NCBI GenBank assembly: GCA_963798915.1 | Contig: CAWCVB010000004.1 | Span: 1-62,561, forward strand | Reading direction: 5' to 3' | DNA: 62,561 nt | From: an uncultured Gemmatimonadales bacterium | GTDB lineage: Bacteria > Gemmatimonadota > Gemmatimonadetes > Gemmatimonadales > GWC2-71-9 | Shown: piece by piece, positions 48,843 through 58,939 of the stretch | Numbering within the stretch: position 1 is the first letter of the stretch | How the letters are laid out: every line of letters starts with the position of its first letter | Notes under the pieces: model-generated | What the model saw: only the letters and a program-made list of their open reading frames with translations | Told to the model about the DNA's origin: nothing | Databases searched by the model: none | Program-made: the position numbers and the translations under genes

Positions 48843-48869
48843 ATCCCGGCGGCGTTTCCTGGGCAACGA

Positions 48870-48902
48870 AACGACCCCTTCGGATGATCCGAAGGGGTCG
48901 TT
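48870..48902. terminator. Bidirectional terminator between convergent genes
   Basis: Perfect AACGACCCCTTCGGA-TGA-TCCGAAGGGGTCGTT. Confidence 0.85.
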
Positions 48903-48925
48903 CTTTATCCGAAAGGTCCGGCAGC

Positions 48926-49945
48926 TCAGCGCCGTAGCCGCCGGACTGCCAGGTAGCTCAAGGCGAGCATGGCGACCAGCAGGGCCGCCTGACCCACCAC
49001 GTCAATCGGAGTCGCAGGGACGCCCAGGGAGGTGCCACCAGCGACGACCAGGCGGCGGAGACTGATCCAGCCATAGGTCAGGATCGCCCCGGTTGAGGCC
49101 GCCAGCACGTGCACTGGCCCCCAGCCCGCACGGCGCGACCATACCGCGAACAGCACGAAGGCCGCTACAGCGATGCACAGCAGTCCGGCCAGTCCAAGGC
49201 CGGCACTCACCCCGTGATGCGGTGCGAACCAGAACCAGCGCTGGAACGCGCTGGACAGCAGGAGAGCCGCGGCCAGCACCAGCCAGAAGGAGGGTGTGCG
49301 CCTGGCGGTCTCGCCGGACTCGCCGCTGCCGGTCGTTCCTGTGCCATCGCGCACGGCTCGGAACCCGGCGAACGCCATCACGATGGCAAGGCAGACGGCG
49401 ACAGCAACGGCGGCGAACTGACCGACCGAGGCGACGAAGGGAAATGTGCGCAGCGTGAAGATGGTGGTGGCGGCGCAACCGAGCAGCAGCAGGGCCGCGG
49501 TCACGAGCAGGCCGGGCAGACGTAGCCAGGGTTCACGCCAGCGCGGGCCGGCCAGGCCTTCGGCCAGCGCCACCGAACTGCCCACGCTCCACACCACGTG
49601 CAGCGCCAGCACGTAGATCGCGAAGTTGAACGACGTTCCCAGCGAAGGTATGAAGCCGTAGTCCAGCAGGCGCTGACCCGCGTAGTTCGGATTGAACAGC
49701 GTCTGGTTGGTGAAGCCTTCCAGGATCAGCGCGTATGCCAGCGCGAGCAGCAGCATCGTTGGCCAGCCGCGCCGCGCGCGCCGCGTGATCTCGCGCACCA
49801 GCAGCGCGCCGCAGCCGTACACCGGAATGAACACGGCGAGATAGCCGAGCTGCCGGATGTTGAAGTCGCCCAGCAGATACTCCGCGACGAGCGGGGCGAT
49901 GATCAGTAACGCCATTGCAGGCGCGATTCTGCGCAGTGTCATCAT
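48926..49945 (-). CDS. Multi-pass membrane protein
   Basis: APLVAEYLLG, YGCGALLVRE, many TM segments. Confidence 0.75.
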   Translation of the reverse strand: MMTLRRIAPAMALLIIAPLVAEYLLGDFNIRQLGYLAVFIPVYGCGALLVREITRRARRGWPTMLLLALAYALILEGFTNQTLFNPNYAGQRLLDYGFIPSLGTSFNFAIYVLALHVVWSVGSSVALAEGLAGPRWREPWLRLPGLLVTAALLLLGCAATTIFTLRTFPFVASVGQFAAVAVAVCLAIVMAFAGFRAVRDGTGTTGSGESGETARRTPSFWLVLAAALLLSSAFQRWFWFAPHHGVSAGLGLAGLLCIAVAAFVLFAVWSRRAGWGPVHVLAASTGAILTYGWISLRRLVVAGGTSLGVPATPIDVVGQAALLVAMLALSYLAVRRLRR

Positions 49946-50084
49946 TCTTTCCAATTCCCTTTCCCTCTCACCGCACACGGCGGCTCGACATGCTTCAGTT
50001 GCGGTTGAATCCCGGGTGGCCGTGGGTCCCTCGGCTGGTCGGCGTTCGGCGTCGGTCACGCTCTCGTCAGGAGCATCCAGAGCG

Positions 50085-50708
50085 TCACGGATTGGTCGCG
50101 TCGGCTTGAGTCGCATGGACCGCGCGCCGGATCGCGGCCAGGCTCCAGGTGAGACGGCCAGCGTCCAGGTCGTCGGTGACGCCGCGCACCCATGCCAGCT
50201 CTGCCTCGACCTTCGCTTTCAGGTACTCCAGCTCCAGCAGGAACAGGCGCGGCACTGACTCCGCGTGTTCCTCGAGCAGCCCGGCCAGCCGTCGCCGCTC
50301 GGCCTCGAGGGTGCCGGCCCGCCGGCTCAGCTCCTGGTCCGCGGCCTCCGGTGCAAGGAGGTAGATGAACGAGAGCGCGGCTGGGAACTCGGGGAATTCG
50401 GAGGCCGGTGTGGAGAGCATCTCCCGCAGCCAGGCGTGCAGCGTCTGTCGGCCCGTGCTGGTGAGCTGGTAGAGGGTCCGTTCGGGGCGGTTCTCGGTTC
50501 GGGCCGTGCCGTGGATCTCGACCAGGCCATCGCGCGCCAGCCGAGCGATGGTCTGGTGAAGACTCGCCCGGTGCCGGACGTTGACGATCTCGTCCTTCCC
50601 CCGCTCGCGAATCAGCTGCTGCATGCGATAGGGGTACATGGGCGCCTCGTCCAGGAGGGCGAGGACGACGAAGGCGAGCGGTGAAAGGCCGGTGCGGCGC
50701 GGGCTCAT
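50085..50708 (-). CDS. PadR-family transcriptional regulator
   Basis: VLALLDEAPMYPY, SLHQTIARL..DGLV, RPERTLYQLT..GR. Confidence 0.9.
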   Translation of the reverse strand: MSPRRTGLSPLAFVVLALLDEAPMYPYRMQQLIRERGKDEIVNVRHRASLHQTIARLARDGLVEIHGTARTENRPERTLYQLTSTGRQTLHAWLREMLSTPASEFPEFPAALSFIYLLAPEAADQELSRRAGTLEAERRRLAGLLEEHAESVPRLFLLELEYLKAKVEAELAWVRGVTDDLDAGRLTWSLAAIRRAVHATQADATNP

Positions 50709-50746
50709 AATAGACATATTATGACTAGTATGAGTAATACTGTCAA
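50707..50746 (-). promoter_or_regulatory. Sigma70 promoter of padR with overlapping palindrome
   Basis: Minus strand TTGACA-17 bp-CATAAT; inverted repeat ATAATA-GACA-TATTAT at 50707-50722. Confidence 0.7.
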
Positions 50747-50818
50747 GCCCAGCGGGTCCTGCAGGCTGTTACCTGGCGGGAGGGGCACCGCATCCGGTCC
50801 GGGCCGGCACTTCCGGCG

Positions 50819-51757
50819 CTAGCGGCACTGCTGCACCACGGCCAGAGCGTCACCGACCGTGCGCTCGCCCTCCTTGTCTGACGGATGATTGGCGATCCGA
50901 AGCCTGCCGGAGGAGTCGGGATCCGCCACGACCATCGTGGTTGAACCGCCGCCGTCGAGGTTGATGGCGTCGCGCGCTCCGAGGGCAAGCATCAGCTCCG
51001 CCTCCTCCCGAAGTGTCATGCCGGCATTTTCATCTTCGCGACCGTCGACCACCGCCAGTATCAATCGCCGGCCGTTGCGCGCAATGCCCGCCAGGGTTCG
51101 CGGGTTCCGTGCGCGGAACGACGCGCGCCCGAACGTATCCACCTCGCCGGCAATCGTGCTGTCGCGCGCGAGCACGGGGCGTCCGCCCACGGCCTGAAGT
51201 GGGTGGAAAGGGCGCAATGCTCCACGCTCGAGCGTGAAGACCTGGATGTGGGGCGCTCCGGCGGAGTCAAATGCGAGCACCGGCTGGCTGATCGGCGGCG
51301 TCCGCATGGTGCCGTTGATAACGAGCAGGTTCGTCGGCACGCCGCTCTTGAGATTGAAGAAGTCCCCATTCACGCCGCCGAGCACTTTCGTCCTGGGCGC
51401 GAGCCTGGCGAGCATCTCGGTCGTCTTCATGCGGCCGAGGGTGGATTCGCCGCCTGCCACTGCCTCGGCGGCAGTGCAGCGATCGAGGTCGATGTAGAGG
51501 ATGTTGATCGTCCATGGCCCCCTGGGCGAGCGTATCACGCGGTGGGTAACGCCCTCGGCGACCACCAGAGTGCGGGCGCTGTCAACCGGAAAGGGCATTG
51601 CGCCCAAGGCCGGCGCCGAGTAGGCCGGCGGGTGCGCGCAGGCGGTGAGAGCGAGTGAGGCGGCGATCAGGCAGCGAGTGAGACTGAGCACCGGTCTGCC
51701 CCGCCTAGCCACACCGCGGTCATGGATCCGCGTGCAAACCAGACCGGTATCTGTCAT
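50819..51757 (-). CDS. Phosphodiester glycosidase (NAGPA/DUF2233) family lipoprotein
   Basis: GVNGDFF, RNPRTLAG, VVDGR, AINLDGGGSTT. Confidence 0.88.
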   Translation of the reverse strand: MTDTGLVCTRIHDRGVARRGRPVLSLTRCLIAASLALTACAHPPAYSAPALGAMPFPVDSARTLVVAEGVTHRVIRSPRGPWTINILYIDLDRCTAAEAVAGGESTLGRMKTTEMLARLAPRTKVLGGVNGDFFNLKSGVPTNLLVINGTMRTPPISQPVLAFDSAGAPHIQVFTLERGALRPFHPLQAVGGRPVLARDSTIAGEVDTFGRASFRARNPRTLAGIARNGRRLILAVVDGREDENAGMTLREEAELMLALGARDAINLDGGGSTTMVVADPDSSGRLRIANHPSDKEGERTVGDALAVVQQCR

Positions 51758-51829
51758 TGGCGGCCTCCAGCATCGGTTATCGTGGCGCGCAACCCTTGCC
51801 ACCCAGCACGTCGCCTGGCCTGAGCGACG

Positions 51830-52228
51830 CTAATCCAGCTCGTAGTTCAGCGTCAGCGGATGCTCCGCCCCATGGCCAACAGCGGAGGTTCCCTCGCCGC
51901 TGAGGCTCTGAAGCTCTCCCGTGCCGGAGCCCGGGACGACGGAATACGATTCCTTCGCGACGCCGTCCTCAAAGGTGCCAGTGCGCTGAAGGACGAAGGT
52001 CCCCGCTTTCCCTGCGACATGGCCGACCACGCGCTCCAGGCCGACGAAGGTGGCCGAGCCGTCGCTACGATACATCATCAGGTATTCGACATGGCTTTCA
52101 CCCGCGATGTCGCCGGTAAACGCCTTTATTACCGCGGCCCGAGTGAGCTTTGGCAGGTCCTGGCCTTCACTGTACGGCTTCTCGTCCCAGCTCTTGATCG
52201 TGAATCGAGACTGCGCGACGTTCTTCAT
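51830..52228 (-). CDS. DUF3224 family protein
   Basis: F.IKSWDE, GTFVLQ, VVPGSGTGEL..L.G. Confidence 0.88.
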   Translation of the reverse strand: MKNVAQSRFTIKSWDEKPYSEGQDLPKLTRAAVIKAFTGDIAGESHVEYLMMYRSDGSATFVGLERVVGHVAGKAGTFVLQRTGTFEDGVAKESYSVVPGSGTGELQSLSGEGTSAVGHGAEHPLTLNYELD

Positions 52229-52289
52229 GGAGCTACCTCGGTCAGGGATTTCCGCATATACCACCATGCCACAGCCGCCATGTGAGCCT

Positions 52290-53729
52290 TCACTCGATCG
52301 GACCCCGCATGGCCCGCCCGGGATAGGCATCTGGCTCGATCGCACCGTTTCGTACGATCACCACACCGTTCACAACCACATCCCGCAGGCCGCTGGGTGG
52401 CAGGGTCGGCTCACGATAGGTGGCACGGTCGATGATGGTCGTGGGGTCGAACAGAACGATATCCGCATTGGCGCCGACTTGCAGCCTGCCCCTGGTCTTC
52501 ATCGCGGCCACCCGGTGCTCCAGGCGGCGGGCGGGCTCGATGGTGATCCTGCGGAGCGCGTCCATCAGGGTGAGCGCGTGCTGCTCGCGGACATAGCGGC
52601 CCAGTAACCGCGCAAAGGTCCCGGCCACGCGTGGATGTCCGATGCCGTTCCTGAGAATGCCATCGCTGGCGATCATGGTCAGCGAGTCCGCCACGGCGGC
52701 CGCGACGACCTCCTCGGCGTTGTTGTAGTCGACGATCATGCCGCCGATGGCATGGTAACGGGCGAACGATGCGCGCGTCAGTCGTTCGCCGGTGAGCGCC
52801 CATTCCATGCGCTGGAACTTCCTGTCAGGCCAGGACCGCCAGTTGTCGTTGTCTGCGGCCTCAATCGGAGACATGGAGGCAGTGTAGGGATAGACCTCGG
52901 TCGTGATGTCGAGCCCACGCGCCCGGGCTCCACGAATCAGCTCCAGCCCGAGGGGCGTGTCCTCCCCCAGGGAACTCTGGATATGTACAATATGTGCCGG
53001 GGCGCCCGTGGCGGCAGAGGCCGCGATGACCTCCTCGATTTCGAGGAAATAGTACGGCTCCGGGACGTTGCGCACATGCACATGCACGGCGGCACCATGT
53101 TCCGCCGCGACACGAAACACCTCGAGGATCTCCCAGGGAGTCGCTGCCGGCGTGAACTCGATCAGCATGCCCACTGCGACCGCCCCTCGGCGCAAGCCGT
53201 GGTCCACGGTCGCCTTGATCTCTGCCAGTTCCTGAGGAGTACTGGCGCGGAGCTTGGCCGCACCGACTGGCGTCTCGGTGCCTGGATCGTGCATCGCCTG
53301 CATTCGGACTTGATCGTGTCCGACACTCACGCCGTAATTGATGATCGACTTGCCGTCGCGTTCCTCATACCAGCGATCGACGTCGACGGTGCCGCCTTCG
53401 AGTTCGAGCGCGGTGGTCGTGCCGTCGAGCACCTCGACACGGTACGCTGCGGTGTCCTGTGCGTGCTGGTGCAGGTCGATGAAGCCGGGCGCGACTACCA
53501 TGCCGCGGGCATCGAGGGTATCGCGACCGCGCAGGGAGTGATCCATAATCACCTGGATGGTGCTCCCGGCGACCCCCACATTACGAACCGCGTCGAGACC
53601 CGAGGCCGGATCCATCACCCTGCCGTTGACGATCACCAGGTCGTAGACGGGTCCTGCCGGGCCGGGCGAGTGGTCACGACACGAGGCAACGGCTGCCAGG
53701 ATCCCGAGGTACAGCAGTGAGCGCACCAT
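52290..53729 (-). CDS. Amidohydrolase (D-aminoacylase/dihydroorotase-like) lipoprotein
   Basis: VAPGFIDLHQH, EVYPY, IASDG, HPRVAGTF, G.L.VGANAD. Confidence 0.88.
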   Translation of the reverse strand: MVRSLLYLGILAAVASCRDHSPGPAGPVYDLVIVNGRVMDPASGLDAVRNVGVAGSTIQVIMDHSLRGRDTLDARGMVVAPGFIDLHQHAQDTAAYRVEVLDGTTTALELEGGTVDVDRWYEERDGKSIINYGVSVGHDQVRMQAMHDPGTETPVGAAKLRASTPQELAEIKATVDHGLRRGAVAVGMLIEFTPAATPWEILEVFRVAAEHGAAVHVHVRNVPEPYYFLEIEEVIAASAATGAPAHIVHIQSSLGEDTPLGLELIRGARARGLDITTEVYPYTASMSPIEAADNDNWRSWPDRKFQRMEWALTGERLTRASFARYHAIGGMIVDYNNAEEVVAAAVADSLTMIASDGILRNGIGHPRVAGTFARLLGRYVREQHALTLMDALRRITIEPARRLEHRVAAMKTRGRLQVGANADIVLFDPTTIIDRATYREPTLPPSGLRDVVVNGVVIVRNGAIEPDAYPGRAMRGPIE

Positions 53730-53889
53730 CAAGGCCGTTCCGGCGCAAGGGGCTGTCAGCCCGTTGGTGAAGCGTTCTGAACCCGTGCGAGCTGGCCCAC
53801 TATTTCGGGGGCAGGGAACCGGCCCACCGTGCGGTGCGATGCAGCCATGGCCGAAGCATTGACGATGCTCTGACAAGGAGGCGTCGGGG

Positions 53890-54231
53890 TCAGCCGGCTG
53901 ATGCGGCCGTTTCCAACGCTTTCTTCACAGGACCCCGTGTGATCATGGTGTGTGCTTCAAGCACGTCGAACAGTTTCGCGGTGATGTCGCGGACGGCGGG
54001 GCTTGACTTGAGCGCCGCGACGATGGGACCAGCCAGGTAATCCTGTGCGGCAGCTTCGCTCTCAAAAAGGTATATGCCGCCTGCCTCGTGTTCTTGTTCG
54101 TTGATCAACCAGATCTTCCAGAGGAGACCGGTGACCTCGGACACCGGCTTCGCGGCCTGAAGCCAGGCTGTTTCGAGTTCGGTCCTGGAAATACTGAATG
54201 TCAAGTTGACCTGCAGAATCGTGGGGGTCAT
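53890..54231 (-). CDS. YdhR-family putative monooxygenase
   Basis: GLLWKIWLINE...EAGGIYLF, FDV......ITRGP. Confidence 0.85.
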   Translation of the reverse strand: MTPTILQVNLTFSISRTELETAWLQAAKPVSEVTGLLWKIWLINEQEHEAGGIYLFESEAAAQDYLAGPIVAALKSSPAVRDITAKLFDVLEAHTMITRGPVKKALETAASAG

Positions 54232-54324
54232 TTGCTGCTCCGGGGTGAGGGAGCGAAGCGCTCCAGCACGACTATAACACCCGGCGAGAGAATGACCTAG
54301 AATCCTGCTTCGCCCGCGGTATGC

Positions 54325-54348
54325 CGGCAACGAATGGCGTTTCAGCTG
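54325..54348 (-). mobile_element. attC-like half-site remnant
   Basis: CGGCAACGAATGGCGTTTCAGCTG resembles the left arms of the intact sites (CTAACGGTTGGCGCTTTAGCTG). Confidence 0.45.
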
Positions 54349-54382
54349 CTGGCAGTCGCCGCCGGGTGTGGCTGAGCCGGAG

Positions 54383-55552
54383 TCAGAGCTCGGCGAAGAA
54401 AGCTGCGATGTCACGCGCGAGGCGCTCGGGCTCCTCTGCGGCAGCGAAGTGCCCGCCGCTCGGCATCGAGGTCCATCGACGCACGTCATACAGCCGCTCC
54501 ACCCATTCCCGCGGCAGGCGTCCCTCCGACACAAAATTGTTGTCGAAATTGGCAAATCCCACGGGTACCTGCACGCGAGCGCCGGGCTGAATGGCCGCCG
54601 GCTGCCACCGGTTATCGAAATAGTCGCGCATCGAAGGGGTGATGGTCTCCGTAACCCAGTAGAGCGTGAGCATCGTAAGGAGAAACTCCCGCGAAAAGCG
54701 ACGCTCGAGGTCGCCGCCGGAGTCGCTTCACGCACGCCACTTGTCAAGCATCCAGGCCGCGAGTCCGGCCGGCGAATCGTTCAAGGCGTAGCCGAGAGTC
54801 TGGGGCCTCGTCAACTGAATGGCGGAGTAGCCCCGCTCGACCTCGTCCCACTGGCGCATGTGGGCGACGTATGCGCGTTCGGCTTCGGTCAGCGGGCGCG
54901 TCCCTTCTCCGGTCGGCGGCCATAGATCCGCCTCCATCGTAGTCAGATGGACGCCAATCATGGGCGCCCGATTCTCGATGGCCATCAACGTGGTGACACC
55001 CGAACCGAAATCTCCGCCTCCGGCTCCATATCGCTCGTAGCCGAGTCCCTGCATGAGCTGATGCCACAGCCGTGCAACCGTGCGGTAGTTCGAACGGGCC
55101 GGCCGTTCGGAGAAGCCATATCCTGGCAGTGATGGAATCACGAGATCGAACGCCGGACCGTCGATACCGTGGGCACTGGGATCGGTCAGCAGGGGCGCCA
55201 GCGGCAGGATTTCGAGAAACGAGCTGGGCCATGCATGGGTCAGGACCAATGGGATGCCGCCGCCTTCCCGTGCCCGCTGGTGTACGAAGTGAATGTGGAC
55301 GTCGCCGAGTTTGGCACGAAAGTGCCTGAACGTATTCAGCTGGCGCTCCTGTGCCCGCCAGTCGAACTCTTCGGCCCAGTAGTCGAGCAGGCGCTTCAGG
55401 TCGTCGAGGTCGGTTCCCTGGGCCCAGGCAGGGCCGGGCGCCCGCGGAGGCCAGCGGGTGTTCCGGATGCGTGTTCGCAGGTCGGAGAGCACCTGATCCG
55501 GAACGCGAATCGTGAAGGGTTCGATGTGCATCGGCTGGTTGTGCCCGCTCAT
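54383..55552 (-). pseudogene. Epoxide hydrolase (EHN + alpha/beta hydrolase) with in-frame TGA at 54728-54730
   Basis: IEPFTI.V, HAWPSS, PSLPGYGFS, GGDFG, DSPAGLAAW..DKWRA*SD, continuing in frame to GGHFAAAE. Confidence 0.88.
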
Positions 55553-55718
55553 GAATATCGTTGTGACCGTGTCGCTATGGCATGTGTGCTGCCATGGACG
55601 AGAGTCTGCGGCAGAGGAACCGTCCAATGGATGACATCAGCTGCGAGGCCGCCGCTCCCAAACCGATCTCGCGCGGCGGCGCCACTCGGAATAGGTGTGC
55701 CCCGATGCCCGTGAAGTT

Positions 55719-55771
55719 GCCTAACGGATAGGGTGCCGCAGCTCCACCGCCAGCTGCAACGCCTGTTTGAC
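55719..55771 (-). mobile_element. Degenerate attC-like site
   Basis: GCCTAACG ... CCGCCAGCTGCAACGCCTGTTTGAC; right arm matches the family. Confidence 0.55.
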
Positions 55772-56254
55772 GACAGCCCTCACCGAGGCCTGGTCGGGAA
55801 GAGGTTCGGGAAGGCTTCGCGGATGGCCGCAAAAAGCTGACTGCGGTCCAAGGGGACCAGGGGAACTAGCAGGTCCGGTCCAGTTCCTACAAACGGCATG
55901 TTGCGAGAGAGCGAAGGAGCACCGCGCGTCGCGGCAAAACACCACAGGAAACCACGCGCCATGAACTGATACATCCAGAACCCGTTGACACGCCTCCTCA
56001 TCGGCGCCACAAGAATGTGCCCGTGCACACCTCTCAACAATTGGAGCCTCCGGCAATCCCGGGGCGATTTAGAATACGTTGAAGTGAGACCTACCCTCTC
56101 CATGCACGCCATCAACGTCACGACCATCGTACCATGCCTTTCACCCACCCGCCCCCCGAGGAACGCGGGCTGGGGTTCTCGGTCGTCTACGGTTTCGTCT
56201 TCGGCCTCGAGGGCAGCCTACGGATCGAATTCACGGTCGGATCCGGAACGTGCG

Positions 56255-58147
56255 TCACCGTCTGCTTCCTGGTCCAGGCGCCCGAGCCCGAGATCCGATG
56301 ACGCCGAACTCGATCGCCATCGCCACCGCGGCGTATGCGTTGACGATGCCCCCGCTCACGGACAAGCTGCGGAACGGCACGCTCCGCTCGGTTCCCGGCT
56401 TGTTGACCTGGATGTCGGGCTTGAAGGAAGAGCGCATGATGATCTCCTTTACCTGGCCGACTGAGAGCGACGGGAAGTACGACAGCAGGATGGCGGCGAC
56501 CCCCGTGACAAACGGGGTGGACATGCTGCTCCCGGACTTGTAGTCATACCCGTTTCCCGGAACCGTCGAGAAGACATCGCTTCCGGGCGCGAACACGTCC
56601 ACGGTACGCGCGCCGTAGTCGGAGTAGGGGTGGGCCAGCCGGGCGTTGAAGCCGGACCTGCTCCAGCCCACGGTGAGAAAGTTGGAGGCTCTCGTTCCAT
56701 CCTCGTCGGTCGCGATCGGGAAATGAGGAATAGTGTCGTCGTTTTCTCCATCGTTGCCGGCCGCGTGCACAATGAGCACGTTCCGCTCCTCCGCATAGCG
56801 AATGGCGTCGTCCACGGCGGACTTCTGGGGTGAGAGGAGCTTGGAGAAACTCATGTTGATGATGCGGGCGCCGTTGTCCGCCGCATAGCGGATGGCGTTG
56901 GCCACGTCCTTGTCCCTCTCGTCTCCGGTGGCCGTGGTGGCGACGATCGGCATGATGAGGACATGGTCCGCGACCCCGTCCGTTCCGATGCCGTTGTCCC
57001 TCTCGGCTCCGATGATCCCGGCGACGTGGGTCCCGTGGCTGAGCGCCGGCGTCAGCGGAAAGAAGGGGCTACCATAGTCGCGCTGATCCGCATCGTCCGG
57101 ATCGTCTCCGATGATGGCGCTCGAGCTGTACTGGGGATTGTACGTGAACGCCAGATCATTGGAGTCCGGCTCCTGGGACAGGGCGGCCAGATACGCTCGC
57201 TTCGCGTTTGTCCACAGGCGATATCGATCCTTGTCCGGCCCGTCCATCGTCGCGCTGTCGGCAGCATCGAACCGGTTCCTCCACCGTGCATAGACGCGCG
57301 TGGCTTCCGACTGGTCGTTCTCGGCAATGGTGCCGTCCCGACCCGTCCGGAAGTTCCACCCGTGCACGTCGTCGATGTACCCGTTGTGATCGTCGTCGAC
57401 GCCGTTGCCCGGAACCTCCTTCGGGTTGGTCCAGATAACACCGTTCAGATCTTCGTGGCCGAGATCGAATCCGTTGTCGATGACCGCCACGATGACGGTG
57501 AGGAATGGCCTCCCCGGCAACAGCCCATAGGCTCGGTACAGACTGATCCCGGCGATCGAATCGTCCACCGGATCGCGGAACGCCCAGTCCCTCGGGGCGG
57601 TCCCCGTAGGGTTCACGAACTCGAAGGACTGTCCATCCAAGGCGCGCCAGAGATCGGACGGGCACGCGTCGCTCGACCGGACAAAGGAGACGCGTTGACC
57701 GTTTCGGGTGAAGCGGGCGACGTAGGATCCGCGGGCTCCGGCACAGTCGCCGGCCGAGCCGGCTCGCCGGACGAGGAGCGTGTCGCCGCGTTGCCGGAAC
57801 GCCAGCGTCTCATCTCCCCGATCTGCGTCGGACGTATGGATGGCGAGCGTCGAATCCGAGAAGGTGAGGTGAGCCGCACCTCGTAGCGCGGACCCTGCCA
57901 GCAGGACTTGCCCGTTGACGGGTGGGACCCACAGCGCCGACATGGCTACGAAGATCCGCAAGACGCGCCATCCGTGTACCCGGAGCACCTCTGGGACCAA
58001 CCGGCGTCGACCACCCGCCGTGAGCGCCGAGGTGACGAGCCCCCGCAGACTCAACTCGCCCGCGTTGTGGAGGAAGTCGCTGGTTACGTGAAGGCTCAGG
58101 ACGAGGATCGAAAGAAGCGACGTGACGGTCAAGGCGTTGTGTTTCAC
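56255..58147 (-). CDS. S8 subtilisin-family serine peptidase with extra N-terminal domain
   Basis: VAVIDNG, DDDHNGYIDDVHGWNF, HGTHVAG, AAGND, SGSSMSTP; the real start may be ~57990-57945. Confidence 0.88.
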   Translation of the reverse strand: MKHNALTVTSLLSILVLSLHVTSDFLHNAGELSLRGLVTSALTAGGRRRLVPEVLRVHGWRVLRIFVAMSALWVPPVNGQVLLAGSALRGAAHLTFSDSTLAIHTSDADRGDETLAFRQRGDTLLVRRAGSAGDCAGARGSYVARFTRNGQRVSFVRSSDACPSDLWRALDGQSFEFVNPTGTAPRDWAFRDPVDDSIAGISLYRAYGLLPGRPFLTVIVAVIDNGFDLGHEDLNGVIWTNPKEVPGNGVDDDHNGYIDDVHGWNFRTGRDGTIAENDQSEATRVYARWRNRFDAADSATMDGPDKDRYRLWTNAKRAYLAALSQEPDSNDLAFTYNPQYSSSAIIGDDPDDADQRDYGSPFFPLTPALSHGTHVAGIIGAERDNGIGTDGVADHVLIMPIVATTATGDERDKDVANAIRYAADNGARIINMSFSKLLSPQKSAVDDAIRYAEERNVLIVHAAGNDGENDDTIPHFPIATDEDGTRASNFLTVGWSRSGFNARLAHPYSDYGARTVDVFAPGSDVFSTVPGNGYDYKSGSSMSTPFVTGVAAILLSYFPSLSVGQVKEIIMRSSFKPDIQVNKPGTERSVPFRSLSVSGGIVNAYAAVAMAIEFGVIGSRARAPGPGSRR

Positions 58148-58288
58148 TCGATGCTCTCTTGGTCGGGTCAGAGGAGACTGAAGCTCCTTCGCACGGCGCT
58201 CGTAAGGGACACGAATCCACTCTACCCGGCCCGGGGGCCGAGAACCGAAGCGCCCGGCCTAGCTCAGGTCAGCGCCTGTCACGTGTGC

Positions 58289-58735
58289 TCATCTGGTAGT
58301 CTGCTGCTCCAGTTCCTGGGCGAGGTCGATAAGAATGCCCTCGGGCCCTCGGAAGTAGCAGAGTACGTGTCCTGGTACTGGGCTACTTCTCCCACGAGCT
58401 CCGCGCCTCGTTTGCGGAGCCAGGCGAGCGTATCTTCGAGGTCCTCCACGGTGAACATGACGCGTAGGTAGCCGAGCGCGTTCACGGGGGTGGTCCGGTG
58501 ATCGGCGACCACAGGCGGCGCGAGGAATCGTGACATCTCGAGCCGGTTGTGGCCGCCTGGGTGCACATCATGGCGATCGCAACACGCATGTCTCGCAATC
58601 CAGTGGCGTCATCTGCCCAGTCTCCTTCGATCGGGGCGCGCCCTTCGAGCACTAGGCCCAGTTCGGTGAAGCACTCGATCGCGGCATCGATGTCTTCCAG
58701 CACGATGCCGAGTCGTCCATCCGCTTGACGCTCAC
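58289..58735 (-). pseudogene. VOC/glyoxalase family protein, about three frameshifts
   Basis: VSVKRMD / GIVLEDIDAAIECFTELGL / RLEMSRF...LGYLRVMFTVEDL / GPEGIL..LAQEL in successive frames. Confidence 0.85.
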
Positions 58736-58777
58736 TGAGGCTTCCTGTGCCGATGTTACGAGCAAGTTTCCAGCCCT

Positions 58778-58906
58778 TCCTAACGACAAGCTTATCAGCG
58801 GCAGACGACTTCTGAACACCTACGGTCAATGGTTGCCACTAGGAGGCTGGGACGCGGGCGGCGTCCGACGTCGCCCGCGTTTGTCGGCTGCGTCAGCGGG
58901 TGAGGC
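58778..58906 (-). mobile_element. attC-like site, partly degenerate
   Basis: TCCTAAC...CAGCGGCAGACG / CGTTTGTCGGCTG...GTGAGGC. Confidence 0.6.
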
Positions 58907-58939
58907 CGCACGTACTGGGAGCGCCGGCCTCCCTGTGGC

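Noticed and set aside
54728..54730. Recoded TGA (Sec or Trp) in the epoxide hydrolase
   Set aside because: TGA ends many genes here, and the position fits Trp (KWRAWSD); a TGG-to-TGA mutation or base-call error in a decaying array is simpler.
55775..56250. Intact genes between the epoxide hydrolase and the S8 peptidase
   Set aside because: Short ORFs with no recognisable motifs; probably eroded cassette debris.
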